Of a stretch of DNA of 64,000 nt, positions 23,240-36,049 are shown piece after piece. The notes beneath the pieces were generated by a model that saw only the letters and a program-made list of their open reading frames with translations, was not told the DNA's origin and did no database searches. Position 1 is the stretch's first letter, and every line of letters begins with the position of its first letter. Location of the stretch: the NCBI GenBank assembly GCA_951406725.2, contig OX597815.1:174840001-174904000 (forward strand). The letters run 5' to 3'. The DNA comes from Octopus vulgaris. Its lineage: Eukaryota. The translations under genes and the position numbers were made by a program.

Positions 23240-26200
23240 AAACAAAAAAAAAAAAACGAAAACAAAGAAAGAAAACGAATAAAAGTTCAAAAGATCGAAC
23301 CCGGCAGCCTATAAAGCCCAGCAACTATCTTTTCCTTTCATCAATGATGAAGCTGGGTTACTGACACCTACCTTTCTCATCACATCCTTCCATCGTTTCT
23401 CGTATTCACTCGGTGGCAGGGTCTTCCTCTCCAACCTCATCTTGCTCTTCAAATGGTATCTGAAGTAAGACAGCAAACCGGGGCCAGAGATGAAGGACCC
23501 TGTCACAGAACCTTCCATTCTAGTCCTCCAAACACACTCTTTCAGTACTGCAACCGTACAGTAAAACATGCCTTACCTTTCTTTCAGAGTCCAGTTGGCG
23601 GTATCATCTTTATTATAGATCCAGCCAACAGCTGTACTCGTCCCAGATGCGACAGCACATGTTCAACGTAACTTATCAAGCTAGATAGCTCCCGACATTC
23701 TACTAAAGCGTGCTGGACAGATTCATTGTCCAGCCTGCATCTTGGACACGTCGGTGGCACTGACATTCTGTGCCTGGATAACTTATCGCAAACAGATAAA
23801 GCGTTCCTGTAGCACTGCCAGGTCAGGAATTTTTGGAAGTTATCCAAGTACCCCGGCCTGAAAGCTTTTTTGAACAGGTTGGTAAATTGGTTCTCATCGA
23901 ACCCCTGAGCCCCTCCTAGGACGTCATCGTTTTTTGCCTCTACCAGCTCTCTATAGAACACCGAGGTGGTATTCCCGCTGCCGGCCTTGCCCGTCTTGTG
24001 GATCAGCCAGAGTGCCTGACAGCACTCCTTCTGCCATAAAGTCAGGTTCCGTCTTTTAATGAAACCGGGTTTAAATCGCTCCAAAGAGGCCGGTCGCGGC
24101 AAGAACTCCTCCGCCAGCAGACTGCACACCTTATCACCCTCCAGGTGGCACCAGAGATGTCTCAGCCTCAACGCATGTCTGCGCATCATCAGCCAGGGCA
24201 TTCCCAGTCCACCCTTTAACGGTTCCTGGCAGCAAACGGAGCGCCTCACAAGTGGTTTTCCTCCCTTCCACAAAAAGCGGAAGAGGAGTCTTTCCAAATT
24301 GTTTAGTCACAAATCGGGACAAGGCACAACGGACAGGCGGTAGGTGATTACAGATGCTATAAACACTTGCACCACTTCTGCCCTGCCCTTCAAGGACAGA
24401 GGCCATCTGGACCACTTCCGTACTATGGCCTCCACCTTGTCCACTACCTCGCTCCAATTCTTCTCCGTCTGGGAGTCCGGGCCAAACTAAACTCCAAGCA
24501 ACTTAACAGGACCATCTGTCCAGTGTCCAACGACACTGGACGATATCGGCTTCTTCTTCCAGGTGCCGAGGCGCAAACCGATGGACTTGTCCTAGTTAAC
24601 TTTTGCCCATGCCACCGCTTCGTATCCTCGGAGAGCATCTTCTACACGAGGTAGCTGTGTTTCGTTGGACACGATGAGGGTAACGTCATCCGCATAAGCA
24701 GAAACAGACCTACCGCATCCGATTTCATTTGGGTTGCCTCCTAACTTCTCCAACTTCCGCAGTAATGGCTCGAGAGCCAAAACGTACAGAAGCGGAGACA
24801 AGAGACACCCTTGACGAACAGAACGCTTGATCGAAAAAGGCTCCGTTAGGCAGCCGTTTATCTGGACTGTGGACTTGATGCCACTGTACATAGCGGAGAT
24901 CCACCCGTGAAAGCCAGGGCCCAGCCGCTTCGAGGACCACCCAAAGGTACTGATGGTCTACCCTATCGAACGCTTTACTTTGGTCTAAATGGACCAATGC
25001 CCCTCCTTTGCCACCTAATTTCCCAACCCTATCTAAGGTGTAGCGGAGAAGGTGAAGATTATCCTGGATCGACCTGTCTGGGATTGCAGATGTCTGTGCC
25101 TTCTAGACAAGTTTCTCCACGACAGCCGTCAACCTTTTTGCTAACACCTTGGCCAAAATCTTTAACTCTACATTAAGTAGAGTTATGGGCCTATAATTAC
25201 AGATACTATCCCCCTTGCTCGGGTCTTTCTGGACCAGCGTCACAACTCCTCGGCTCACAGAACTGGGAATCCTCCCGTTCTGTTGCCAGTTTGCATAGAC
25301 ACCTGCCAGTATCTCCCCGAACAACCGAGCGAAATGCTGGTGAAAGACTTTCTGCATCTCCTCCTGTCCATAGATCTTGCGTTCCTGTTCGTCCGTTAAA
25401 GAATTTATAGAGGACTTTTTACCTCGCTGACTCTCCGCACGACGTGTCCGTCCGGCAACATTAATACCTTCTCGCTTCCCTGCACGTAGCTTAGCTCTGA
25501 CTCTGCAACCTTCATGTTTAGCGTTGATGTGACGGTATAAGACTGTTATCGCTGCCAACACTCTAGATGCAGAACCAGATTACATTGCCTCGTCTAAATT
25601 CTTAACTAAATCGCCCTCTATTCTAGTCCTATCTAAACTTATCTGTTTGCTAAATCTAATGGACTCCAAACGGATGACTCTTTTGGGGGCCTGTCACCAT
25701 CTATTGTTAATGATGGTGCCACATAATGCCCTCTGAACTTATACCTTAATCCGGGTACATAAAGCTTTACAAGTCAAAATAGATTTGTTCATTTTCCAAT
25801 ACCTGGGTCCCTGTCTATGACATTTATCTACATGTACCTCACACAAGTTTGTGATCTGTGTAAGGCACAATACAAAATTGTGGACAACTAACGCTATTCT
25901 TATCTCTTTCCTTAATAAATACCCTATCTAGGTACGATCTGCGTGAGCCGTCGTTGTTACTCCACGTCCACTGTAGAACGCTCGGCTCATCCAGTCGGTA
26001 ACGGTCTACTAGATTATAGCTCTCTAGTAGACCCTTGGGGCAAGGATTCCCTTTCCTATCAGTTGAGCCCACACTATCGACCCGTGCATTGAGGATAGTA
26101 TTGAAGTCCCCTACCAAAACTAACGTTTTAGACGTCACTAGAAAGTGCTCCAGGTCCCGGTAAAAACCCGACTGCCTACGCTCCTTAGGGGCATAGGCAG

Positions 26201-27557
26201 CTACCAACCTGAAGGACTGCTTACTCACATGAGTCACATCCAGGGCGACCAGCCTACCTTCTGGGTCCAGAAAGACAGTACTTATCTGTAAGTCCAAGTT
26301 CTTCCTGATAAGGACTGTCATGCCTGCACCTCCTCCTCGGCTAGGAGAAATGAGTGTCAGACTCTTTGTCAGTCACTTTAAAAATTTTTATACGATTGTT
26401 TGCTTTAATGAAGCGTAGCACCTTTTCATTTTTCACATTAAAAGAAACAATTTTGTCAGTTTTTTTAAAACACCTTTTAGCATTGGGGGTGGGGCTTATT
26501 GAAAAGCTGTCCTACAAACGTAGTACCAGCGGGGTGGGATTGGAGAATTTTTTTGTGTTGTTCGTCTACATTATTAATTTTCATTTTTGTTTGGGTGGGG
26601 AGTCCGGGTTGTTAGATTTTTTCTTTTGTTTGTTACAGTCGTGTACTCCATTTCTTCTTGTTCTTTTTCCTCTGTTTGATTTTTTTTCCTCCTTTTCTTC
26701 TTCGTTTCGCTTTTCATGCTGTTACTTTTCCTCCTTTTGATATTCGGTTTGTTTTTTTCCCGTGTTTTCTTTTGTTGTTGCTGAGTTGCCTGGCTTGTTG
26801 TTCTCTGTGTTTTTCACAGCGTTTTGAGGAGGGGCGTTAACCGTTTTTTCTTCGTGCATTCGGAGCGAACGTGGCCCTTCTGTCCGCACTTGAAACACCT
26901 GGGCCTACGTCCCTCCACCGATACACGTATAGTATGCCCCTCCCCCACGAAGACTCTATCTCGCAAACTTTCTAGCGTTGAATTGTCAGCTTGTACTATC
27001 AGTTCAAGTCCTTGGCCCTTCCAATTCGTAGCCTCTTTCTTCTTCATGCTCAATATTGATAATTTTCCCCCACGTCGAAATTAAGTGCTGCTACCACCCA
27101 CATTACTTCGTAACTCACGGGTATATCTTCGACCGTCACCTTTGCCGTTCTGCGGCCTAAGTAAGTGGGCAGCAGCATAATTTGTTCGTTCTTTAATGTT
27201 TGTGTTGAAATTTCTTTCGCTACGCTAGCTGACTCGAAATGAGCTTCTATCGTAGCGCTTCTCACTCCTCGGCTAACGTAGCGAACCTTTTTCCATATTG
27301 GTGCCATACACCGTTCAACTATTTCCTTTTTTACGTCCGGTATTTTTTTTTCTTTTATATTATAGACTTTGTAAATTACTGTCTTTTCACGAATGGCTTG
27401 TATGGTTTCAGGGGGTGGTATCAATTTTGTTTCTTCACTAGATTTCTGAATTAACTTTCTGAACTGGAAGAGCTATTTTTTGCCGTTTGCTTTCTCCGTT
27501 GTTTTGTTTGCCATGCGACATGTCTGAGTGGGAAGCGAGGAGAAGCCTATCCTGAGG
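23240..27557 (-). mobile_element. Near full-length, frameshifted Tx1/L1-clade LINE (ORF1 with CCHC knuckle; ORF2 APE endonuclease, RT, C-terminal zinc finger)
   Basis: CFKCGQKGHVRSEC (26814-27053), GDFN/YLDRVF/TDH (25839-26321), NYRPITLLN, KAFDRVDH, RQGCLLSPLLY, YADD (24592-25561), CPRC..HALVEC (23584-24297). Confidence 0.92.
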
Positions 27558-28367
27558 TGTCGTTGTCTTTTTGTTTTGTTTTTATTGCTCGGGGTCTTTC
27601 AGCTGGTGTTGCTGTTGGTGATATGGTGGCCCTGGAGGGTATGGTTTCTTTTGTTGTTTTTGTTGCTGTTGCTTTCACTGTTGGTGTTGTTTTTATTGTT
27701 GTTGCGTTGTTACTGCTGATTTTAGTGTTGCAGCTGCTGTTGTTTCCGCACACTGCTCTTGATGCTGCTGCTGTTTTTGCTGTTGATGTTGTTGCTGATG
27801 TGCTGATAGTGATTATAGAAGTAGTGGTGGAGGGGCCTTGCTTCTCTCATATTTTACTGTGGACAGAAAGCATTGATATTGTTTGTGTTACCACCCAAAT
27901 GACACCTTGGTTTTCTGCCCTCAATGGCCATGTTAGCTGTCTGTTAGATTAATCAGGTCCAAGATAATTTCCATATTTACATGACGTATTTGGATGAATA
28001 ACTCCATTCCTTGGCCTGCTGTCTTTGGACTTGAAGAAAATTGATTTTTTATTGTGTGTCAAAGAGGACAGTTTCCACCAATAAGTAGATATTTAATTCT
28101 GAAGGAATCTCTACTATCTTTATTGTTACTATCTGGCAACAAAAGCAGGTTGGTATGATGACCACTGCTTCACGTTTTATGGTTTGTTGTAGAGTGTTTT
28201 CCGACCTCACCCTCTGTTGGAAATCTTACCACGACTATGCTATTTCCTCCACTAGTAACATGTGTTTTGGTCTTCTTGATGGCCCTGAGACACTTTTCTA
28301 CTTTGTATATGTAAGTATTCATATGTTATATGTATATATATGTGTATTTATGTTACTGTCTGTGTAT

Positions 28368-28425
28368 ATTCCACCGATGAGGCAAAGCATTTCTTATGCA
28401 AAGTCAGAAATCCGGGATCTGGAAT
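28368..28425 (+). ncRNA. Degenerate hammerhead-like motif
   Basis: ATTCCA CCGATGA GGC..GCAT/ATGC..GTC A GAAA TCCGGGA TC TGGAAT: 6-bp stem I, core with U4C. Confidence 0.45.
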
Positions 28426-28719
28426 TATCCACTAATTTTTTACTAGTTTATTTTGTCCTTTTGTCTTCTCTCCTGGTGCTGTATGAATATTTAATTGTGG
28501 TTCTATAGTCAAGATTTGGCTGCTATTTCCAGCGTGGTGGTATCTCTTAGATACCCTAAATTATAATTTTAATAATAATTATTACCTTTGAAGGTTTTTA
28601 TTTCCATGCTGGCCACTTGATAAGATCGATATTTAAATTAATGATCTTATCCTTATTTACACACACACACACACACATAATGTCATAGAAGTAGTGTTGC
28701 AGAATGGTATAGCTCCAAA

Positions 28720-29000
28720 TATCTCTGTCTACACTCCACATGTGGGTCTACCAAATGAACAGAAGGACTACTTTTATATTCTGCAGGCTACCTCAAAGAT
28801 GAGTGACAATGATCTAATCTTTGTGGCTTGAGATTTTAATGGGCATGTTGGACAGCAACCTGGTATCTTCCATGGTGTTCATGGGGGCCATGAAATTGGC
28901 TCCTGAAGTAAAGAGGGAACTAGGCTGCCGGAGTTCTGTGATGCAAGCAACATATTGATCTGCAACACCAACTTCAGGAAGCCAGCCAGCCACCTGGTAA
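28720..29000 (+). mobile_element. RTE LINE endonuclease fragment
   Basis: Translates to LIFVA-DFNGHVG...[24 protein letters not shown] with stops/frameshifts. Confidence 0.75.
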
Positions 29001-29828
29001 ATAACATTTACTTTTTATTTTGTTTCGGCCATTGGGCTATGACCATGCAGACCCCAGAGAGCCAATGTCCTGGTTTAATTCCTTATCTCATTTCTGAATA
29101 TACACTTAGTCTTTAGTGTAAAGAACATGGCATGGTGGTTAAGGTGCTGGGTTTATGAGTATAAAGTCATAAGTTCAATTTTTGGACAGGGTTGCTTATT
29201 ATGTCATTGAACAAGGTATTTCTCATTGCCTCGGCCTACTCAGCTGAAAACTATCTCTTGTGCTGGTACAGCAAGCTCTCTCTCACAAGCTGTTACATTC
29301 TCAATGTTTTTATAGGTCAACAACAAGAAAGACAAGAATGTGTTTGCATCTACTTATGACTGCACATGCACTTTAAATAATTTGCAAAAGCATGCTTACA
29401 TGCTACTAGGTCATGCTCATTTGTAAATGATAGTTATTGCATTGTACATAGTCCCTGACTAGATTTAAACTAGGAATCTTTATTTCCAGATTAAGAGTAA
29501 TAATGTTCATGTCTACTAGTACGTGTGCAATTATTGATGCATTCTAAAATTAATCTGTCTGTATTGACAACCACTCTGAGCTCATGTAACAGCTGGGCTT
29601 ATTGATTAAGTTGTTAATTAAATATTATATAAACTGCTACTTGGATTTTACTAAGTTTTTGCTGTCATTCTCTATTATGGTTGCATGGGTGTGTAGTTAA
29701 GAAGCTCACTTTGAAATCACATAAGTTTTCTTGGCGACGGTAGGAAGTAACATCTTGCGGGATTTTATGTTAAGTTCAGTCTTGTTTGATGTGTTTTTGA
29801 AGGGCATGTAATTGGTAATTTTTTTTAA

Positions 29829-30314
29829 CCCTTTAGCATTTAAACTGGCCATATCTGGCCCAAATATTCTACCTATTTTATGTTCAAACTGGCCAGATCT
29901 GCCCTCTTATATCTAACAACCTACAATGTTATTCTAAAAATAATGAATTATATCTTTGAAATCTCATAAATATGAAATAAGACATAATTAATTCCAAACA
30001 AGCGCCGCCCTGACTGGCCTCCGTGCCAGTGGCACGTAAAAAGCACCTTCCATCTGTGGCCATTTGCCAGCCCTGTCTGGCACCTGTGCGGGTGGCACGT
30101 AAAAAGCACCCACTACACTCACGGAGTGGTTGGCGTTAGGAAGGGCATCCAGCCATAGAAACAATGCCAGATCAGACTGGGCCTGGTGCAGCCTTCTGGC
30201 TTCCCAGACCCCAGTTGAACCGTCCAACCCATGCTAGCATGGAAAGCGGACGCTAAATGATGATGATGAATAAATATGCATTATATTTGACAGACACTTC
30301 TGAATGCTAAAGGG
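29829..30314. mobile_element. piggyBac-type MITE (TTAA TSD, TIR CCCTTTAGCATT) interrupted by an RTE 3'-end insertion (about 30002-30266)
   Basis: TTAA at 29825-29828 and 30315-30318. An uninterrupted copy is at 56588-56797 and decayed copies at about 11290, 12840, 14297, 47690 and 50231. Confidence 0.85.
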
Positions 30315-31710
30315 TTAATTCAGGAGAAGAAGGGCAGCATATACACTGACTTCTTTTAGGGCCTGTGTAATAGGCTAAGAGGAAGAAATAAAGTTATCTT
30401 TCAACCAGAAACCTACTTTGAAGCCTGCAGCTGAATGGAGTCTTCTAAAGGCATCAAGGGCCATATTGTTGTGTTAAACTGAGTGATAGATTAAATCTGC
30501 CACTAAAGGTTAAGTTTATATTGATAACTAGATATTCCAGATGCAAGCACATCTGTGTGACTAAGACGCTTGCTTTGCAGTTACATAGTTTTCAGTTCAG
30601 TTCTACTGTGTGGTACTTTGGGCAAGTGACTTTTAGTATAGCCCCCAGGCTGATCAATACCATATGAGTGAATTTGGTAGACACAAACACTGTAGACACT
30701 TGTCATGTATATATATATATGTGTGTGTGTGTTTGTGCATGTGTGTATGTGCATGTACATTTGTGTATGTGTGTCTTTGTGTTTGTCTCCCAAGTCTTTA
30801 AATTTGTTCAATTTTTACTTCAAATTTTAATATTTCATCACTCTCAACTTTCTTGCTGTTACTTACCCTCACCCTTCTCCTCTTCCATTCCTTGCTTTTC
30901 ATCATCTACTTTCCCCTCACTTTCCCACGTCTCCCATGTCCCATCAACCACCCCTCCTTCTACCTATCTACCATTCACTGGATCCACCCTTCAACCTTAC
31001 TCAATCTCAACAGTCATCACCTGTCCTTCCCAACCTTCTCAACTTTCTTTCCAATGCATATTTATTATCGATACTCCTCAAGCCTTGCTTTTCATAATCA
31101 TCATCATCATCATTGTCATCGCCGTTGTCGTCATCATTGTCATCGTCATCACCATTGTCATCACCATCGTTGTCATCGTCATCATCATCATCATTTAATG
31201 TTTATTTTCTATGTTGGCATGGGTTAGATGGTTTGATTGGAACTAGCTCAGAGAACTGCACCAGGCTCCAGTCTGTTTTGCCTTGGCTTCTACAGCTGGA
31301 TGTCTTTCCTAATGCCAACCACTCCACAGAGTGTACAGGGTGCCTAATATGTGCCACTGACACAAGTGCCTTTAACATGTCACTGGCATGTGTTCCTTTT
31401 GTGTGTCACCAGCACTGACTATGACTATGATTTCACTAAGCTTGACGTGTCTTCCCAAGCACAACAAATCGCAAACAGTCTCAGTCACCTGTCATTGCCT
31501 TCATGATGCTTCTTGGCCCAGTTCCTATCTTTAAGCATCCCATATTCCCCTCCACCCCCACTCTTGCAAACTCTACCTATCTACACTCCCTGTTCTTCTG
31601 TCCCTACTTACCTCTGTTCATCTTGTATCTCAAGGGTTCACCTTGACACTTTATTACCACTATTTCCTCTCTTTTTCCAGCTCCACTCCAGTTACTTCCA
31701 CCCACTTCTA

Positions 31711-32268
31711 TTTGGTTGTCTGGAAAGTTTGTGCTGATTTATTGTAGCTTACCTTTCGACTTATTTTAGAAAATGGTTGAGTCCATAAAATAAGATTTGA
31801 CTACACCTCCATTTAGAGTACAGTTTAAGCTATATTTTCATGGAAGAGGGTTTATATTCCTATAACCTGTGTTAATTCTGTAAGCCTTTAAAATGGAAGA
31901 TAAGAAAGTTCATTTTCGGCACTTGGGAACCAGACAAAAATTGCTGCAGCTCAGCTGGGATGTGTTACCCCACCCTCCATATTCACCAGATATTGTTCCT
32001 TTGGATTTCCACTTATTCAAGTCTCTGCAGAATAGTCTTAATGGTAAAAATTTCAATTCCTTGGATGACGTAAAAAGATACCTTGATGAATTCTTTGCCA
32101 TGAAACCACCTCAATTCTGGGAAGAGGGTATTATCAAGTTAAAGGAAAGATGGAGACACATTGTGCAACAAAATGGTTCATATTTGGTTGATTAAAAATG
32201 TAATGGCAAGTATTTATTGACCTTTTTCTTTCCTTCAAAAATCGGCATGAACTTTCCGGACAACCCAA
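31711..32268 (+). mobile_element. Internally deleted mariner transposon with both TIRs
   Basis: 30-bp TIRs (25/30 match) flanked by TA. ORF 31893-32195 carries HPPYSPDIVPLDFHLF and the GI-KL-ERW C-terminus. Confidence 0.92.
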
Positions 32269-32621
32269 TATAATGTGAATAGTCAGGTAAACTCCTCTAC
32301 AACAAAAAACTTATATTGATCTGGCCCATTCTTTCAATATATAACCTTTCATTTCCTAGCATAAAACCACCATTCTCTTTATTGTAACCACACTCATTTG
32401 AAAGAGATCTTTTTTGGAGGAGCTGCGTAGAGACTTCACCAGAGTTGATGCCACACAGAAAAAAGAAGTTTGTGTGCGAAGAAGTTTGCTTCCTGACCAC
32501 AAGGTTCCAGGTTCAGACTCACTGTGTGACACCTTGGGCAAATGTCCTCTACCATAACCTCTGGCTGACAAAAGCCTTGTGAGTTGATTTGATAGACAGA
32601 AACTGAAAGAAGCCTGTCACT

Positions 32622-32787
32622 TATATATATGTATATATCTGTGTGTGTATGTGTGTGTATATGTGTGTGTGTATGTGTATCGTCCATACCATGAGGTTAT
32701 CCTGAAATAGGAGTTGCTTATCTATTGGTAAATATCCCAAATTTGTAATAATATACATATGCATGCATACATACATACATACATACA

Positions 32788-32859
<72 letters not shown>

Positions 32860-32860
32860 C

Positions 32861-32913
<53 letters not shown>

Positions 32914-32965
32914 TACATGCATACATACATACATACATACATACATACATACATACATACATACA

Positions 32966-32996
<31 letters not shown>

Positions 32997-33020
32997 GTAT
33001 CTATATGTATATGTATGCAT
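32622..33020. repeat. Compound microsatellite (ATAC)n/(AT)n/(AC)n
   Basis: Directly visible. Source of several spurious ORFs. Confidence 0.95.
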
Positions 33021-33569
33021 GTATCATCATCATCATTATTTAGTATCATTGTCCATGCTGGTATGGGTTGGATGGTTTGACCAGGGCTGGTAAGCTGGAA
33101 TGCTGCACTAGACTCCCGTCTGATTTGGCATGGTTTCTACGACTGAATGCCCTTCCTAACGTTACTTTCAAGAGAGTAATGGGTGCTTTCTTGTGTCACT
33201 GGCATGGGTGCCATTTGAGTGACACTGGTATCTGTCACAACTGCGATTTTATTTGGCTTCATGGGTCTTCTTCTTAAGTACGACATAATGCCAAAAGTCT
33301 CAGTCATTGCCTCTGTGAGGCCCAACACTCAAATGGAGCTTTTCTCATGCTGCCGGGATCAGCCACTTTGCTTCTGTGAGTCCCAATGCTTGAACAGTGC
33401 TTTTTATGTGCCACTGGCATGGGTGCCAGTTACGTGACACTAGCATCAGCTACAACTACGATTTCACTTGGCTTGACAGGTCTTCTCAAGCACAGTATAT
33501 TGTCAAAGGTATCGGTCACTAGTCATTGTCTCTGTGAGACCCAAAGTTTGAAGATCACACTTCACTACA

Positions 33570-33678
33570 TATGTATATATAAATATATGTATGTATATGT
33601 GTATATGTGTATAAATATATGTATATTATGTATATATATGTGTGTGTGTTTGTGTGTGATTGTATGTATTTATATATA

Positions 33679-33736
<58 letters not shown>

Positions 33737-33900
33737 CTTATATGAGAATATAAAAACTTGAGAATTTACTTGGAGATATTATATAAGATATACTTACTTG
33801 GAGAATAAGAAAAAGAAATCGACGCGAGGCGTTCAATCATATAATAACAATTTTATAAATAAAACATGCATACACACATACATATATGTACACACCTACA

Positions 33901-33933
<33 letters not shown>

Positions 33934-33960
33934 GCATATATATATATATATATATATGAG
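33570..33960. repeat. (AT)n/(GT)n microsatellite-rich tract
   Basis: Directly visible. Confidence 0.85.
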
Positions 33961-34534
33961 TACAGGACACCACAAATAAACGTAGAACACAACGAGAAAC
34001 GAAAACATAAAATCAAACAAGGAAACGGACTTTTTTTAACAACGAAAAAACAGAGTACAAGACAAACAATACAAGGAATATTCCCCTTCATCAGCTGCCC
34101 TGTTTCGACTCAATGCGTGTTTCGAAGGTAAAACTGCCTTCTTTCAGTTTCCATTATCACATCCACTCACAGTGGTGTGGTTGGCTTGAAGCCATAGTAG
34201 AAGGCACTTGACTAAGGTTCTGTGTTATGGAACTGAACCGAAAGCCACATGGCTGGAAAGTAAGCTTCTTAACTACACAGCCATGTATCTTTTTTTTTAG
34301 TTATTTCACTGAAAATATTTCGTTGGAATGCATTTCATTTTGTAACATCAAAGTCAATGGGAAAATAGGTTTCATGTTACACAGCTTCTTGTTACAGCAA
34401 AATTTTCAGGAATGCAAAGCATCTGTAATGTCAGACATGTGTGTGTGTGCATGTGTGTGTGTGTGCATGTGTGTGTGCATGCATACATGTGTGTGTGCGC
34501 ATGTGTGTGTACACACACACAATTATATATATAT

Positions 34535-35085
34535 ATCATCATCATCGTTTAACGTCCGCTTTCCATGCTAGCATGGGTCGGACGATTTTGACTGAGGGCT
34601 GGTGAACCAGATGGTTGCACCAGTCTCCAATCTTGATCTGGTAGAGTTTCTACAGCTGGATGTCCTTCCTAACATCAACCACTCCGAGAGTGTAGTGGGT
34701 GCTTTTTATGTGCCACCGGCACGGGGGCTGGTCAGACGATACTGGTAATAACCTCGCACGAATCTTTTTACTCATGCCACTGACACAGGTGCCAATAAGG
34801 CGATGTTGGTAACGGTCACGCTCGAATGGTTCCCTTTTATGTGCCACTGGCACGGAAGCCAGTTAGCCGCTTTGGCAGCGATCACGCTCGGATGGTGCTC
34901 TTGGCACCCTACTAGCACGGGCACAAGAATCAGTAAGGCGACGCTGGTAACGATCACACTCGAATGGTGCCTTTTATGCGCCACTGGCACGGAAGCCGGT
35001 TAGCCACTCTGTCAACGATCACACTCGTATGGTGCTCTTTGCACCCCACTAGCACGGATGCCAGTCATCGAATTTGATTTTGATT
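34535..35085 (-). mobile_element. RTE 3'-UTR-derived repeat with internal GTGGCAC(A/G)TAAAA(A/G)GCACC modules and (ATG)n tail
   Basis: Same sequence as the 3' end of the RTE at 36050-37470. Further copies at about 30002, 31190, 33020, 38414, 40090, 46235, 51025, 58817, 63065 and 63537. Confidence 0.8.
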
Positions 35086-35114
35086 TTATATGCATATACA
35101 TTCATATATATATA

Positions 35115-35584
35115 TGAGGTCTCATCAAATCAGTGTGTAGGTGTTGTAGGAGGATGTGGTCATTAGTTACAGTTCAGTTTGGTCTAATCTCACTGAAAAT
35201 TTGGTTATGAGATATGTGTCTGTCAAGTTTGTGCCAAAATTGCTTTCAGTTGCAGCAGCTTTTGGCCCAGCATAACATTCCATAGGTCCGACAACCACTA
35301 TATTCCCCAGATCTTGCTACTTGTAACTTTCCACTCATTTGAAAACTCAAGTCCCACTTGAAAGGAAACAAGATTTCAAGGTGCAAGGAAATTCAAAAGA
35401 ATGTGACCAGGCAGCTGCTGCTCACTATCCTCAAAAAAGGAATTCCAGGAATGCTTCCAGCAATGGAAATAACACGGAATAAAATATGCAGCTTCAGAAG
35501 GGGACTTCTTTGAAGGAGATTAAATGCCGAATTGTTGTAGTTTTTTTTATAGCAATAGTCCCAATACTCTTTGATCAGATCTTG
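35115..35584 (+). mobile_element. Second, decayed and internally deleted mariner
   Basis: TA-flanked TIR remnants TGAGGTCTCATCAAA / TTTGATCAGATCTTG; KFVPKLL, YSPDLA and GDFFEGD* vestiges. Confidence 0.8.
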
Positions 35585-36004
35585 TATGTGTGTGTGTGTG
35601 TGTGTGTGTACATAAACATATACAAATTATACATATGACACTGTCACATACCCCATTCCCACAGGAGCACCACATTACTAATACACACTTTCCCCACTTC
35701 AAGATAACTATTGCCGGCTTCACAGCATACCCAATCAAGGGACATAATTCCTAAACTAATCCCTGGTCCCTTTTTTATTTCACAGCAACTGCTGATTGAT
35801 TGCCCTATCCACCTCTGACAATAGAGAGCAGATTGCCCTATCCACCTCTGACAATAGAGAGCAGTCACCATATTCTTTTCCATATCGGCTAACTTTGACG
35901 AGTGTAAAGTTATATAATTAGTTTGTTACCTAACACTCCATTGTATTCTTTACATGAAACCAATTCGTAAGACCAGCTGTGATGGATGTTTAATATTATA
36001 CATA

Positions 36005-36048
<44 letters not shown>

Positions 36049-36049
36049 C

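Noticed and set aside
27528-27952. Hydrophobic membrane-protein-like ORFs
   Set aside because: Products of a degenerate (GTT/GCT)n tract.
34083-34128. Permuted hammerhead candidate (GAAAC...GTC...CTGATGA on -)
   Set aside because: Core words are present but no convincing stem I and only a weak stem II. Would need the family consensus.
32436-34131. Many 80-140 aa ORFs rich in YI/MYVC/HT
   Set aside because: Translations of (AT)n, (ATAC)n and (AC)n microsatellites. The same applies to ORFs at 30668-31418, 37425, 52258 and 62839-63787.
34690-35060. CRISPR-like array of GTGGCAC..GCACC modules
   Set aside because: Degenerate modules with related spacers inside a LINE 3' UTR, in eukaryotic DNA with no cas genes.
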